This document shows, in pieces, positions 34,393 to 46,283 of a stretch of 64,000 nt of DNA. The stretch lies in NCBI GenBank assembly GCA_964035575.1, contig OZ037844.1:1-64000 (forward strand), read 5' to 3'. The notes beneath the pieces were generated by a model. It worked only from the letters and a program-made list of their open reading frames with translations, made no database searches and was not told the origin of the DNA. This DNA is from Rhynchopus sp. YZ270_cl-10 (taxonomy: Eukaryota). Positions within the stretch are counted from its first letter, which is position 1, and each line of letters begins with the position of its first letter. Both the position numbers and the translations under genes were made by a program.

Positions 34393-37371
34393 GGGTCCTC
34401 ACACATCTACCACCTACTACGCGAACTGGACGGCAGAGCCGATAAGTCGCAGCAGTACCCACTGACGGAGAATGGCACCACCATCACCGACAACACAGCC
34501 AAAGCGAATATATTTGGTAGGCACTACTCAGACGTGAGCCGCAAAGATCCCACAGACACGGAGGACGTAGTCACAACACCGACGGATGTCCCATCCCACG
34601 AATCAGAGCGTGCCTTTACAATGCAGGAGCTCAACACCATCGTGAACAACCTGGAAGACAACAAAACACCAGGCATGGACAACATACACAACGAGATGCT
34701 ACGACACATGGGACCGGAGGCGAGGAAGGGTCTCCTGCGTATCATGAACCTCTCGTGGTGTAGTGGCACACTCCCACAGGAATGGACAACTTCTCTGCTG
34801 ATGCCCATCCACAAACCTACGAAACCGGACCACCTCCCTGCTTCGTACAGACCAATTGCACTGACGAGTACAGTGAGCAAGGTGCTCGAGCGCATGATCG
34901 GACACCGCCTACACCAGCTCATGGAAGACCCTGATGAGCAGTTCCCTAACCTCCACAAGGCACAAGCAGGTTTCAGGAAAAAGAGATCCACGATCGACAA
35001 CATCGCACTGGTAACGCAACTGGCCAAGGACACAGTAGAGGAAGGGCGTAGTGCAATCCTACTCAAAGTCGACCTAGAGAAGGCGTACGACCGCCTCAAG
35101 CGCAGTGCCATCCTACAACACCTGCGCGATTTCCCACCCACGTACCAGAAATGGATTGGTGCATACCTCAGCAACAGACGAGCAGCGGCGACCGTGGCAG
35201 GTCACGTCAGCGAGTTCTACGACATGGAGGAGGGCGTACCCCAAGGCACAGTGCTCTCCCCCCTACTCTTCAACGTAGTCATGGCAAACCTGGCGAAAAC
35301 CCTAGAGTGCGTGGACGGACATGTGTGCATGTACGCCGACGACCTCGCAATCCTGTGCATTGGCAACAACACCGACGAAGCCGCTTTATCCGCACAAAAG
35401 GCTATCGAAGTACTTGAACGTGAACTCCCCCCAATGGGCCTCCGAATCTCCACCGACGACGACAAAACGAACCTCCTAGCCTTCACCACCAAAAAAGACC
35501 CCAACAACGTCAGAGACAAGCAGTTCGCAGTGCACTACAGCAATGGGAAACGCGTGCCTACAACCCGACTGACACAGTACCTCGGCATCCTAATAGATGA
35601 CGAATGCAACATGATACAACACATGGAATCAGTGTGCACAAAGTACAAACAACGACTCTCCGTACTGTACGCACTAGGAGGCGAGGACTGGGGTGCGGAA
35701 GCAGACACCATGCGACAAGTGTACATGACATATGTGCTGCCTGTGCTCACCTACGGGATAGGAGTGTGGGGACACGCACTGCTCAAGAAGAACCGAACCC
35801 ATCTTGAGACCCTCCACCACGGCGCAGCCAGACTGATCACCGGCTGCCTACGCACCACAGCGACGGAGAACCTTCTCTGGGAGGCGAACCTGCGATCGAT
35901 CGCTGAAATAGCACAAGCGGAAGGAGCAAAGCTGTACGAGCGCGCCAACCGCATTCACGACTCGCCCGCGTACACCGCCGTGCAGTCAACCAAAAAACAC
36001 TCCAACAATACATGGCTTAGAGCAGCCACGAACACCATTGAGGAAACAAAGATGTACACACAGCACACAACTCGGAGCACCATTGCGCTCCACTACCCTG
36101 TGCCCCCCTGGCAATGGGAGGAAGTACAGGATAAGCTTACGCTGCACCCCACCATCCCAGGAGTCCTCCGAGCGGACTCTAAACAAACCAAAGAGGAAGC
36201 TCTCGAAAAAACGCAGGAGGCCCTCGACAAGCTACCCCAGTACGACTACAGCACGTACACCGACGGATCACTGTCCGACACGAACATCGGCGGGGCGGGA
36301 TGTGCAGTGACGGACGCTGACGACAACAGGATCCACGTCTTCGGCAAGGGGGCAGGCAGGCGATGCGTGGCCTACCAAGCCGAGCAGACGGCAATCCGTG
36401 AGGCACTCACCGACCTTGCGAACCGCACCACCACCAAACACGCGAGAGTGGCGATCCTCACGGACAGCCAGTCCTCCATCCGCGCCCTGGAGGGAGGACC
36501 GCAGAAGGCAGTCGAACACACACTGCACGACATATGGCGTGCGATACACACGCTCACGCGCAAAGGTGTACACGTCGACTTCCAGTATGTACCAAGCCAT
36601 GTCGGCCTGACTGGAAACGAAGCTGCAGACAAAGAGGCAAAGCGGCACGCGAACGCCATGGTACCACAACTGGAACCCATAGCGATGATGACGGCCGCCT
36701 CTCAGATCAAGAGGGTGGCAGCGCAGCACACCGTCACACCCACCGAAGACAGCGCATACGCGTGCCAGCACACCGACGCCAAAGCGAAGACGAAGACACA
36801 ACTCCGCCACCCACAACTCCGCCCAAGACGACTGACGCGTAAGGGCGCGCGTGAGATGAGACTCCTGCGCACAAGACGACACCCCCTCCTGTACACGGAC
36901 AGGAGCCACAACGACACCCCCAACTGCAAGGCGTGCGGAAAGACGAATGTGACGGCGAAACACCTCCTGAAGCAATGCCCCAAGCTTACTGACAAAAGAG
37001 CCAACCTGTGCAGCAACACCTCGTGGGGAACACTCCTCACTCAACAACCAGAAGTGGTCCTAGAATACTTGGTGTCCTCCGGATTGTCTGATGACACTCT
37101 GAGTGACCTTCTGAGACCAGCTGTAAGAACTGAAGGGAACATAACTTTTAACTTTTATCTACTTTTACTTTTACTCTTACTAGCAACAAGAGGATACCAA
37201 AAACAAAGAAAACATCAAGCGAACACACCGACCAGCATATCAGCTGATCACGGGAACCTTTTTTCAGGCTTCCACCTTTTGACGTCAGGCCAGTGTCCTA
37301 AACGATGCTGCCACACCCTGAGGGGGAGGTGTGCTGTCTGTAAACTCTATGTGGCAACAACGGGGAGGTGA
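34393..37371 (+). CDS. Reverse transcriptase + RNase H + C-terminal CxxC..H..C (N-truncated)
   Basis: PGMDNI, SYRPIALTS, QAGFR, VDLEKAYD, GVPQGTVLSPLLF, YADD, YLG. RNase H motifs YTDGS, AE, TDSQS, VPSHVGLTGNEAAD. CKACGK..HLLKQC. Confidence 0.93.
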   Translation, partial: GSSHIYHLLRELDGRADKSQQYPLTENGTTITDNTAKANIFGRHYSDVSRKDPTDTEDVVTTPTDVPSHESERAFTMQELNTIVNNLEDNKTPGMDNIHNEMLRHMGPEARKGLLRIMNLSWCSGTLPQEWTTSLLMPIHKPTKPDHLPASYRPIALTSTVSKVLERMIGHRLHQLMEDPDEQFPNLHKAQAGFRKKRSTIDNIALVTQLAKDTVEEGRSAILLKVDLEKAYDRLKRSAILQHLRDFPPTYQKWIGAYLSNRRAAATVAGHVSEFYDMEEGVPQGTVLSPLLFNVVMANLAKTLECVDGHVCMYADDLAILCIGNNTDEAALSAQKAIEVLERELPPMGLRISTDDDKTNLLAFTTKKDPNNVRDKQFAVHYSNGKRVPTTRLTQYLGILIDDECNMIQHMESVCTKYKQRLSVLYALGGEDWGAEADTMRQVYMTYVLPVLTYGIGVWGHALLKKNRTHLETLHHGAARLITGCLRTTATENLLWEANLRSIAEIAQAEGAKLYERANRIHDSPAYTAVQSTKKHSNNTWLRAATNTIEETKMYTQHTTRSTIALHYPVPPWQWEEVQDKLTLHPTIPGVLRADSKQTKEEALEKTQEALDKLPQYDYSTYTDGSLSDTNIGGAGCAVTDADDNRIHVFGKGAGRRCVAYQAEQTAIREALTDLANRTTTKHARVAILTDSQSSIRALEGGPQKAVEHTLHDIWRAIHTLTRKGVHVDFQYVPSHVGLTGNEAADKEAKRHANAMVPQLEPIAMMTAASQIKRVAAQHTVTPTEDSAYACQHTDAKAKTKTQLRHPQLRPRRLTRKGAREMRLLRTRRHPLLYTDRSHNDTPNCKACGKTNVTAKHLLKQCPKLTDKRANLCSNTSWGTLLTQQPEVVLEYLVSSGLSDDTLSDLLRPAVRTEGNITFNFYLLLLLLLLATRGYQKQRKHQANTPTSISADHGNLFSGFHLLTSGQCPKRCCHTLRGRCAVCKLYVATTGR

Positions 37372-37513
37372 CCTCCGTATATCGGCAACCCGCACGTCCT
37401 AGATGTGAAAAACGGCACCAGCCGGGACACGGTCCCGGGTTTACTCTGGATAGAACAAAAAAAGAGCAGCCACACTGCTTCGGCAGCGCTAAAGAGACGA
37501 GAGTAAATACCAA

Positions 37514-39006
37514 CAGGGCGTTCGCCCCGGGGCGAAAAATATTTTTTTTCGTTAAAAAAATCTTTTCCTGAAAAAATGACATTTTATTTCGCCCCAGGGC
37601 TTCGCCCCACCGGGGCGAAACCCTGTATACAGGGCGTTCGCCCCGGGGCGAAAAATATTTTTTTTCGTTAAAAAAATCTTTTCCTGAAAAAATGACATTT
37701 TATTTCGCCCCAGGGCTTCGCCCCACCGGGGCGAAACCCTGTATAAATAAATAAATAAATAAAAAAAGGGGAAAAAAAAAAAAAAAAAAGAGAGAGAGAG
37801 ATTTCTCCCCACCACCCTGTAGACCCCCCCGGAGGGGGGGTCGCAGAGGGGTGTCCACTGTACTCAAAATCATCCGCAAACCCGCCTGCCGTGAGAGGAA
37901 GTTTCCCCAGCACTCCCGCTCGCTCCTCAATCCTGCAGTCTGCTGAAGGTGCACCGTACCCCCTGTTATAGAAGGTGTCACTGCTCGTGTCAACTCTACC
38001 TTCAATGGCAGAGAGTTGAAAATAATCAAAATAAGGATGAAGTCTCATATGACGGATGCCTCTCTCTTGTACATCTGTTTGATTAAACAACACAAAGAGA
38101 CCCTCAGTGAGGGGGGATTGATGAAATTCTCCATCGTTTTGCTGGTTTTAGTATCAGGAAAGTTCAGCTGTAATATCACTTGTGCTGGGGAAGGGATCAC
38201 GCGCAAATCGCAAATTTTTTTTGACCATTCACCCCACGAACTAACTTCTCTCCGGCGGGAAAAATTTTTTTGACCTATTTTAAGCACCAGTAAAAAAACG
38301 AAAATTTCGGGGTTTTTGGTATTTCGCCACGATCAGGAAAAAACGATGGCGATAGCGAACGCCCTGCCTGTATAAATAAATAAATAAATAAAAAAAGGGG
38401 GAAAAAAAAAAAAAAAAGAGAGAGAGAGATTTCTCCCCACCACCCTGTAGACCCCCCCGGAGGGGGGGTCGTAGAGGGGTGTCCACTGTACTCAAAATCA
38501 TCCGCAAACCCGCCTGCCGTGAGAGGAAGTTTCCCCAGCACTCCCGCTCGCTCCTCAATCCTGCAGTCTGCTGAAGGTGTACCGTACCCCCTGTTATAGA
38601 AGGTGTCACTGCTCGTGTCAACTCTACTTTCAACGGCAGAGAGTTGAAAATAATCAAAATAAGGATGAAGTCTCATATGACAGATGCCTCTCTTGTACAT
38701 CTGTTTGATTAAACAACACAAAGAGACCCTCAGTGAGGGGGGATTGATGAAATTCTCCATCGTTTTGCTGGTTTTAGTATCAGGAAAGTTCAGCTGTAAT
38801 ATCACTTGTGCTGGGGAAGGGATCACGCGCAAATCGCAAATTTTTTTTGACCATTCAGTACCAGGGATTCACCCCACGAACTAACTTCTCTCCGGCGGGA
38901 AAATTTTTTTTGACCTATTTTAAGCACTAGTAAAAAAACGAAAATTTCGGGGTTTTTGGCATTTCGCCACGATCAGGAAAAAACGATGGCGATAGCGAAC
39001 GCCCTG
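37514..39006. mobile_element. hAT-like MITE, outer copy
   Basis: TIR cagggcgttcgc / gcgaacgccctg. 8-bp TSD aataccaa at 37506-37513 and 39007-39014. Confidence 0.92.
37630..38366. mobile_element. Same-family hAT-like MITE (737 bp) inserted into the outer copy
   Basis: Same TIRs. 8-bp TSD cctgtata at 37622-37629 and 38367-38374. Confidence 0.92.
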
Positions 39007-39012
39007 AATACC

Positions 39013-39043
<31 letters not shown>

Positions 39044-39755
39044 GATGTTGATGTCGCACATTGCGCACCAATGTTCGAACCAATTTTAACGAAAACAAAC
39101 ATTTAAATAGTCTCACTGTTTCTGTTCATGTTCACAATAGAAAATAAATGTGAACACGAACCCAACGACACATAGAGAACTGTAGTAAGTTACCCGCACA
39201 CCGATGTTAAATTAATATTATTAGGGTGATAAGAAAATAAGAAAAGGGAACTTGTATAGGTCTCAAAACCAGACCAGAATCCTGGATTTTGCGAGACTGT
39301 AGAAATATTGAGAGAAGAAGAGAGTTGGCAAGATGATCCGAAGCCCCCTCTGCGCTTAGCCACCTTATAGAGATGAACGTCTCTCACGACTACGTCCACC
39401 ATAAATCAGAGAACACAGAAAACAGGTTTTTTATCGCACCGACAAAAACGTGTTGTGCGTTCTTTTCATTGAAGTGGATCTCAGTGTGCAACACACACAG
39501 CACAACACAGCTAACGGCGCACACACTCCTCCTTTCCGTAGTGTCTATTTCTTAGTTTAAAAGAACCTGATGAAGAAACCACCCCCACTCTCTCTACACT
39601 TGGGGAGGTTTGCTTTAGTACAAAAGATAGAATACTTCCCAAAAAACCCTTGCGCTGTGAATAACAAAATCATGCGAACGGCAAAAAGCAATGTACTGAA
39701 CTCTCTTTTCCTTTACTTTATTCCGCCTTTATTTCCGGAAAATTATTTTTAAGTA

Positions 39756-40003
39756 CCGACCCTCCCCCGTGAAATTGTCCCCCCCAAAAATCGGTATTTT
39801 GCCCCGACGGACAATTTCAAGGCAGGGGGGGACAATTTCAAGGGAGTCGCGGGGACAACCTTTGCTCTCCCTTCTTCACACCAAAACGGCCACCCCCCTA
39901 CAGTACGAGAAATTGTCCCCCCTTTTTGCCGTACGTGATATTGTCCCCCCCTCACTTTTTCTCCCAGGTCGGAGGGGGTGACAATTTCACGGGGGAGGGT
40001 CGG
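39756..40003. mobile_element. TA-flanked MITE (~250 bp)
   Basis: TIR ccgaccctcccccgtgaaattgtc. Absent from the paralogous flank at ~42840-42900. Confidence 0.85.
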
Positions 40004-40312
40004 TAGCAAAAAAAAAAAGTGATGTTCGTCTTTTGAACGTTTGTTAGATATTCCATTGCTGATGTGCCAGTTAATGGGAGAAGTGTGGAACTCACCTGCC
40101 TGCATCCCGGTGTTGCTTCCTGCGCTTCCACAGGAGAACAACGAAATAGAGCTAGCATCAGGAACACTACATTCCAGTTTAATACTTTTAGAAAAAGAGA
40201 AAGAAATTTTGGATGTCTCAAAAGCCTCACCCGTGCTTACAGTGGTCATCCAAAAAGAAGCTTCTAAGATGAAGAAACACGGACACACACTGTTTCTGAT
40301 CTATAAAAAAAC

Positions 40313-41887
40313 TCAGACAACAGTGTCTTCCGGACCAACTGCGTCGCACTCTTGCGCAGTGCCCTCAGGCTTCTTCTCCGATACAGGCTCAGGAGACTTC
40401 CTGCACACAAACAAGACGACCACAACAATAGCAATAATGAACAGAACAGACAGAATGATGATCAAAGCAATGATGCCGGGTGCAATCCCGTCGCCCCCGT
40501 CGTCGTCGTCGTCGATCAAGGGCGACGCAGTTGCGTCCTCGTACACTGTGGTCGCCACGTTGCTCTCCACAGACTCGACTTTGTAGTCCTTGAGGGTCGT
40601 GGGTGACGCGATCTCGGCTTCGACAGCAGCCGTGACCTTGTCTTCTGTACCGTCGCTCGAGTATGTAGGCTCAAACAGCACGACAGTCCCGTCATCTGCG
40701 AGTGCGTCAGAGAAACGACCCGTCAGTGAGTCCACAATAGCCTTGCACCCTGCAGCAAGCTTGAGCACAGCTGTGTCCGGGCAGCCCCCAATGCACGCCG
40801 CAGCAGGGCACGTCCAGTAGACCTTGAGAGACGTGACCAGAGTGGAGAGCAGTGCCTGCAGCAGACGAAGGAACACGGACAAGTCGGTGAGGAGGATGCC
40901 CAGGATCAGTTTGAACAGCTTCTTCAGCGTCAACACAGCAGGTGCGTTTGTGGCAGGCACGTTTGTGTCGGCACATACGCAGTGTTCTTTGCAGAGCGAG
41001 ATGTCGAGAATCCCAACACAAAGGTTATCGCAGTTGATGCTGACCACGGGCACCTTCAGAACCCAGTTCGAGCATGGCGGAAGGGTGGGGCTTGCAGGGA
41101 CAGGTGTCCTGTCATCCGTGATATCGACGCATGCGTCCTGTCCGACACACTCCAGTTTGCATTCCTTGTCAGACGGGGTGTCGCTGTACCGCACGATGGT
41201 CATGGCCTTGCAGGATTCCTTGCTCTGGCATTTGATCGTCAAACTGTGTCTGCGAGGGCATTTGACAGTTGCCTTGAGGCAGGCCTGCACGTTGTCACAC
41301 CACAGCACAGAGTCGCCACCTGCGTCGCTGTAGTCGAACTCTGTTTGCTGGCACGCCTGTGTGTTCGTGCATCTGTGCAGCGTGGACTCGACTGTGTCTT
41401 TGATCACGAATGTGTTCGCCTGGCACGACTGCACACCGTTGCAGTGCACTTCGCAACTGTCAGATGCGCAGCCAATCTTGGACGCCTGGCACGCCTTCTG
41501 CCCGTCACAGATGAGCTTCCCCTCCGAAGCCTTTGCACCCATCCACATCCCGTAGTGCTTCCCGTCGCTGTCGAGGGATTGCGTGTCGGAGTTGATCTGC
41601 CTCTGGGAGTATGTCATGAGGCCCTCGCATGCCAGGTCCTGCACACAGCGGATCTGGCAGTAGTCCCCCACACACTGCAGGTGCGACGCAATGCAGGACT
41701 GCTTCCCTCCACAGTCCATGTGGCATCTTGTTGAGTCGCACACCAGCACAGAGGCTTCGCATGACTTATCCGCATCGCACTTCATAGTGTCGCATGGGTT
41801 CTTGTCGCACACGCATGTGGAAAATGCGGGACACGAAAAGGCTGCAGTACTTATTGCCAGACACAGAACCAGTGCCACAGCCTTCAT
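40313..41887 (-). CDS. Cys-rich type I membrane (surface) protein, tandem copy 1
   Basis: Signal peptide MKAVALVLCLAISTAA, repeated CxGxQ(S/A)C units, TM GIIALIIILSVLFIIAIVVVVLFVC, short tail. Confidence 0.85.
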   Translation of the reverse strand: MKAVALVLCLAISTAAFSCPAFSTCVCDKNPCDTMKCDADKSCEASVLVCDSTRCHMDCGGKQSCIASHLQCVGDYCQIRCVQDLACEGLMTYSQRQINSDTQSLDSDGKHYGMWMGAKASEGKLICDGQKACQASKIGCASDSCEVHCNGVQSCQANTFVIKDTVESTLHRCTNTQACQQTEFDYSDAGGDSVLWCDNVQACLKATVKCPRRHSLTIKCQSKESCKAMTIVRYSDTPSDKECKLECVGQDACVDITDDRTPVPASPTLPPCSNWVLKVPVVSINCDNLCVGILDISLCKEHCVCADTNVPATNAPAVLTLKKLFKLILGILLTDLSVFLRLLQALLSTLVTSLKVYWTCPAAACIGGCPDTAVLKLAAGCKAIVDSLTGRFSDALADDGTVVLFEPTYSSDGTEDKVTAAVEAEIASPTTLKDYKVESVESNVATTVYEDATASPLIDDDDDGGDGIAPGIIALIIILSVLFIIAIVVVVLFVCRKSPEPVSEKKPEGTAQECDAVGPEDTVV

Positions 41888-43206
41888 TGTTTTGAATGTG
41901 ATATTTAGAGCTCTGTGTGAGTGGTTGAAAAAATAAATGGTTTTGGTGAGACTGTGACTCGCAAACCTAAAGTAAAAAATGTGCGGTGCCTTTTTTGCCA
42001 CCTCCTACACAATGCGGAAGGTACAGACGTAGTTCGTCTTCAGCCCTTCAGAGCTTATATAACACAGGACCCTTCCCAGGGTACTCCTCATTAGTGTAAT
42101 TCACTATTGTGAGGATACCCTTTAAAAAGGAAGGCTATGGTGGAGTACGGTCGAGAGCCGTAACCACCAAAGGTACTTTGATTGGAAAACAGAAAATAGA
42201 AGCAAATGGGGAGTCTGCACACCAAGGTGCAAAGATAACTATAGTAAGGGCAAACATAAGGGCAAAGAGAACTGTAGTAAGTTGCCCGCACACCGATGCA
42301 AAATTAATATGATTAGGGTCGACAAAACTAACAATTTTGTCCACGCTTATAAGAAAATATGTATTAAAATAGGAAAATAAGGACAAGGAAAAGGAACTTG
42401 TATAGGTCTCAAAACCAGACCAGAATCCTGGATTTTGCGAGACTGTAGAAATATTGAGAGAAGAAGAGAGTTGGCAAGATGATCCGAAGCCCCCTCTGCG
42501 CTTAGCCACCTTATAGAGATGAACGTCTCTCACGACTACGTCCACCATAAATCAGAGAACACAGAAAACAGGTTTTTTATCGCACCGACAAAAAAATGTT
42601 GTGCGTTCTTTTCATTGAAGTGGATCTCAGTGTGCAACACACACAGCACAACACAGCTAACGGCGCACACACTCCTCCTTTCCGTAGTGTCTATTTCTTA
42701 GTTTAAAAGAACCTGATGAAGAAACCACCCCCACTCACCCTCTACACTTGGGGAGGTTTTCTTTAGTACAAAAGATAGAATACTTCCCAAAAAACCCCTG
42801 CGCTGTGAATAACAAAATCATGCGAACGGCAAAAAGCGATGTACTGAATATTTTGGACACTTACTTTTTTCCGCCATTATTTCCGGAACACAGCAAAAAA
42901 AAATCGTGATGTTCGTCTATTGAAAGTTTGTAAAACGGTCTTCATTGCTAATGTGGCGGATAATGGGAGAAGTGTGGAACACACCTGCCTGCATCCCGGT
43001 GTTGCTTCCTGCGCTTCCACAGGAGAACAACGAAATAGAGCTAGCATCAGGAACACTACATTCCAGTTATATAATTTGAAAAGAAAAGAGGAAGAAATTT
43101 TGGATGTCTCAAAAGCCTCACCCGTGCTTACAGTGGTCATCCAAAAAGAAGCTTCTAAGATGAAGAAACACGGACACACACTGTTTCTGATCTATAAAAA
43201 TAAAAC

Positions 43207-44772
43207 TCAGACAACAGTCTCTTCCGGTCCAAATGAGTTACACTCATGGGTGCGGTCAGGCGCATTGCAAGACACAGTCTCAGAAGACTTCCTGCACACA
43301 AAGAAAACGACAACCACAACAATAGCAACAATGAACAGAACAGACAGAATGATGATCAAAGCAATGATGCCGGGTGCAATCCCGTCGCCCCCGTCGTCGT
43401 CGTCGTCTATCAAGGGCGACGCAGTTGCGTCCTCGTACACTGTGGTCGCCACGTTGCTCTCCACAGACTCGACTTTGTAGTCCTTGAGGGTCGTGGGTGA
43501 CGCGATCTCGGCTTCGACAGCAGCCGTGACCTTGTCTTCTGTACCGTCGCTCGAGTATGTAGGCTCAAACAGCACGACAGTCCCGTCATCTGCGAGTGCG
43601 TCGGAGAAACGTCCTGTCAGTGACTCCACAATAGCCTTGCACCCTGCAGCAAGCTTGAGCACAGCTGTGTCCGGGCAGCCCCCAATGCACGCCGCAGCAG
43701 GGCACGTCCAGTAGACCTTGAGAGACGTGACCAGAGTGGAGAGCAGTGCCTGCAGCAGACGAAGGAACACGGACAAGTCGGTGAGGAGGATGCCCAGGAT
43801 CAGTTTGAACAGCTTCTTCAGCGTCAGCACAGCAGGTGCGTTTGTGGCAGGCACGTTTGTGTCGGCACATACGCAGTGTTCTTTGCAGAGCGAGATGTCG
43901 AGAATCCCAACACAAAGGTTATCGCAGTTGATGCTGACCACGGGCACCTTCAGAACCCAGTTCGAGCATGGCGGCAGAGCAGGGACAGGTGTCCTGTCAT
44001 CCGTGATATCGACGCATGCGTCCTGTCCGACACACTCCAGTTTGCATTCCTTGTCCGAAGGGGTGTCGCTGTACCGCACGATGGTCATGGCCTTGCAGGA
44101 TTCCTTGCTCTGGCATTTGATCGTCAAACTGTGTCTGCGCGGGCATTTGACAGTTGCCTTGAGGCAGGCCTGCACGTTGTCACACCACAGCACAGAGTCG
44201 CCACCTGCGTCGCTGTAGTCGAACTCTGTTTGCTGGCATGCCTGTGTGTTCGTGCATCTGTGCAGAGTGGACTCGACTGTGTCTTTGATCACGAACGTGT
44301 TCGCCTGGCACGACTGCACACCGTTGCAGTGCACTTCGCAATTGTCAGACGCGCAGCCAATCTTGGAAGCCTGGCACGCCTTCTGCCCGTCACAGATGAG
44401 CTTCCCCTCCGAAGCCTTTGCACCCATCCACATCCCGTAGTGCTTCCCGTCGCTGTCGAGGGATTGCGTGTCGGAGTAGATCTGCCTCTGGGAGTATGTC
44501 ATGAGGCCCTCGCATGCCAGGTCCTGCACACAGCGGATCTGGCAGTAGTCCCCCACACACTGCAGGTGCGACGCAATGCAGGACTGCTTCCCTCCACAGT
44601 CCATGTGGCATCTTGTTGAGTCACACACCAGCACAGAGGCTTCGCATGACTTATCCGCATCGCACTTCATAGTGTCGCATGGGTTCGTGTCGCAGACGCA
44701 TGTGGAAAATGCGGGACACGAAAAGGCTGCAGTACTTATTGCCAGACACAGAACCAGTGCCACAGACTTCAT
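43207..44772 (-). CDS. Cys-rich type I membrane protein, tandem copy 2
   Basis: Near-identical ectodomain to copy 1, diverged cytoplasmic tail. Start MKSVAL at 44772. Confidence 0.85.
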   Translation of the reverse strand: MKSVALVLCLAISTAAFSCPAFSTCVCDTNPCDTMKCDADKSCEASVLVCDSTRCHMDCGGKQSCIASHLQCVGDYCQIRCVQDLACEGLMTYSQRQIYSDTQSLDSDGKHYGMWMGAKASEGKLICDGQKACQASKIGCASDNCEVHCNGVQSCQANTFVIKDTVESTLHRCTNTQACQQTEFDYSDAGGDSVLWCDNVQACLKATVKCPRRHSLTIKCQSKESCKAMTIVRYSDTPSDKECKLECVGQDACVDITDDRTPVPALPPCSNWVLKVPVVSINCDNLCVGILDISLCKEHCVCADTNVPATNAPAVLTLKKLFKLILGILLTDLSVFLRLLQALLSTLVTSLKVYWTCPAAACIGGCPDTAVLKLAAGCKAIVESLTGRFSDALADDGTVVLFEPTYSSDGTEDKVTAAVEAEIASPTTLKDYKVESVESNVATTVYEDATASPLIDDDDDGGDGIAPGIIALIIILSVLFIVAIVVVVVFFVCRKSSETVSCNAPDRTHECNSFGPEETVV

Positions 44773-45698
44773 TGTTTCGAATATGTTATTTGGAGCTGTG
44801 ATGCGTGGTTGAAACAATAATTGGTGTTGGTGAGTCTGTTGAAGGGAACAGGAGAGCAGTAAAGTACCGAGGGAGAGGAGAGGTGTGTTTTCGTTACTAG
44901 TAAGGGTTTTTTCTGATATCTGAAGTAGTTATTTTCTTCCCATTTGAAATATATTTTGAGAAAAAAGGTCGTGCCGAAAAACCCCTCAGTAGAGTACGTG
45001 GAATGCAGATTTGAATTCACACCAAATTTCACTGACAAGATTATGTGTCTTGAGATATTGTGGATGTGGATTATTTTGACAAAATGAAATTGTAACAAGT
45101 TTTAAATGTCAACTCAAAAACAAAACTTCATAACTGACTCAATCAAGACAGGACCCTTCCCAGGGTACTCCTCACGAGTGTAGTTCACTATTGTGAGGAT
45201 ACCCTTTAAAAAGGAAGGCTATGGTGGAGTACGGTCGAGAGCCGTAACCACCAAAGGTACTTTGAGTGGAAAACAGAAAATAGAAGCAAATGGGGAGTCT
45301 GCACACCAAGGTGCAAAGATAACTATAGTAAGGGCAAACATAAGGGCAAAGAGAACTGTAGTAAGTTGCCCGCACACCGATGCAAAATTAATATGATTAG
45401 GGTCGACAAAACTAACAATTTTGTCCACGCTTATAAGAAAATATGTATTAAAATAGGAAAATAAGGACAAGGAAAAGGAACTTGTATAGGTCTCATAACC
45501 AAAACAGAATTCTGGCCTTTGCGAGACTGTAGAAATATTGAGAGAAGAACAACGCAGATAACGGCGCACACACTTACACTCTTCACTTTGGGAGGTATCC
45601 TTTAGTACAAAAGATAGAATACTTCCCAAAAAACCCCTGCGCTGTGAATAATAAAATCATGCGAACGGCAAAAAGTAATGTACTGAATATTTATGCTA

Positions 45699-45937
45699 CC
45701 AACCCTCCCCCGTGAAATTGTCCCCTCTGGGGGAAAAAGTGAGGGGGGGACAATATCACGTACGGAAAAAAGGGGGGACAATTTCTCGTACTGTAGGGGT
45801 GGCCGTTTTGGTGTGAAGAAGGGAGAGCAAAGGTTGTCCCCGCGACTCCCGTGAAATTGTCCCCCCCTGCCTTGAAATTGTCCGTCGGGGCAAAATACCG
45901 GTTTTTGGGGGGGGACGATTTCACAGGGGAGGGTCGG
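45699..45937. mobile_element. TA-flanked MITE, same family as 39756-40003, opposite orientation
   Basis: Same TIR; internal sequence is the reverse complement. Confidence 0.85.
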
Positions 45938-46283
45938 TACTTACTTTTTTCCGCCTTTATTTCCGGAACACAGCAAAAAAACGTGATAATCGTCTATTGA
46001 ACGTTTGTAAAACGGTCTTCGTTGCTGATGTGCCGGTTAATGGGAGAAGTGTGGAACTCACCTGCCTGCATCCCGGTGTTGCTTCCTGCGCTTCCACAGG
46101 AGAACAACGAAATAGAGCTAGCATCAGGAACACTACATTCCAGTTATATAATTTGAAAAGAAAAGAGGAAGAAATTTTGGACGTCTCAAAAGCCTCACCC
46201 GTGCTTACAGTGGTCATCCAAAAAGAAGCTTCTAAGATGAAGAAACACGGACACACACTGTTTCTGATCTATAAAAATAAAAC

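Larger units (their letters stand above)
34391..39043 (+). mobile_element. 5'-truncated Ingi/I-group LINE with DNA transposons in its 3' UTR
   Basis: Poly(A) at 39017-39043. TSD aaaaagatg at 34382-34390 and 39039-39047. RT-RNase H ORF with no APE domain left. Confidence 0.88.
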
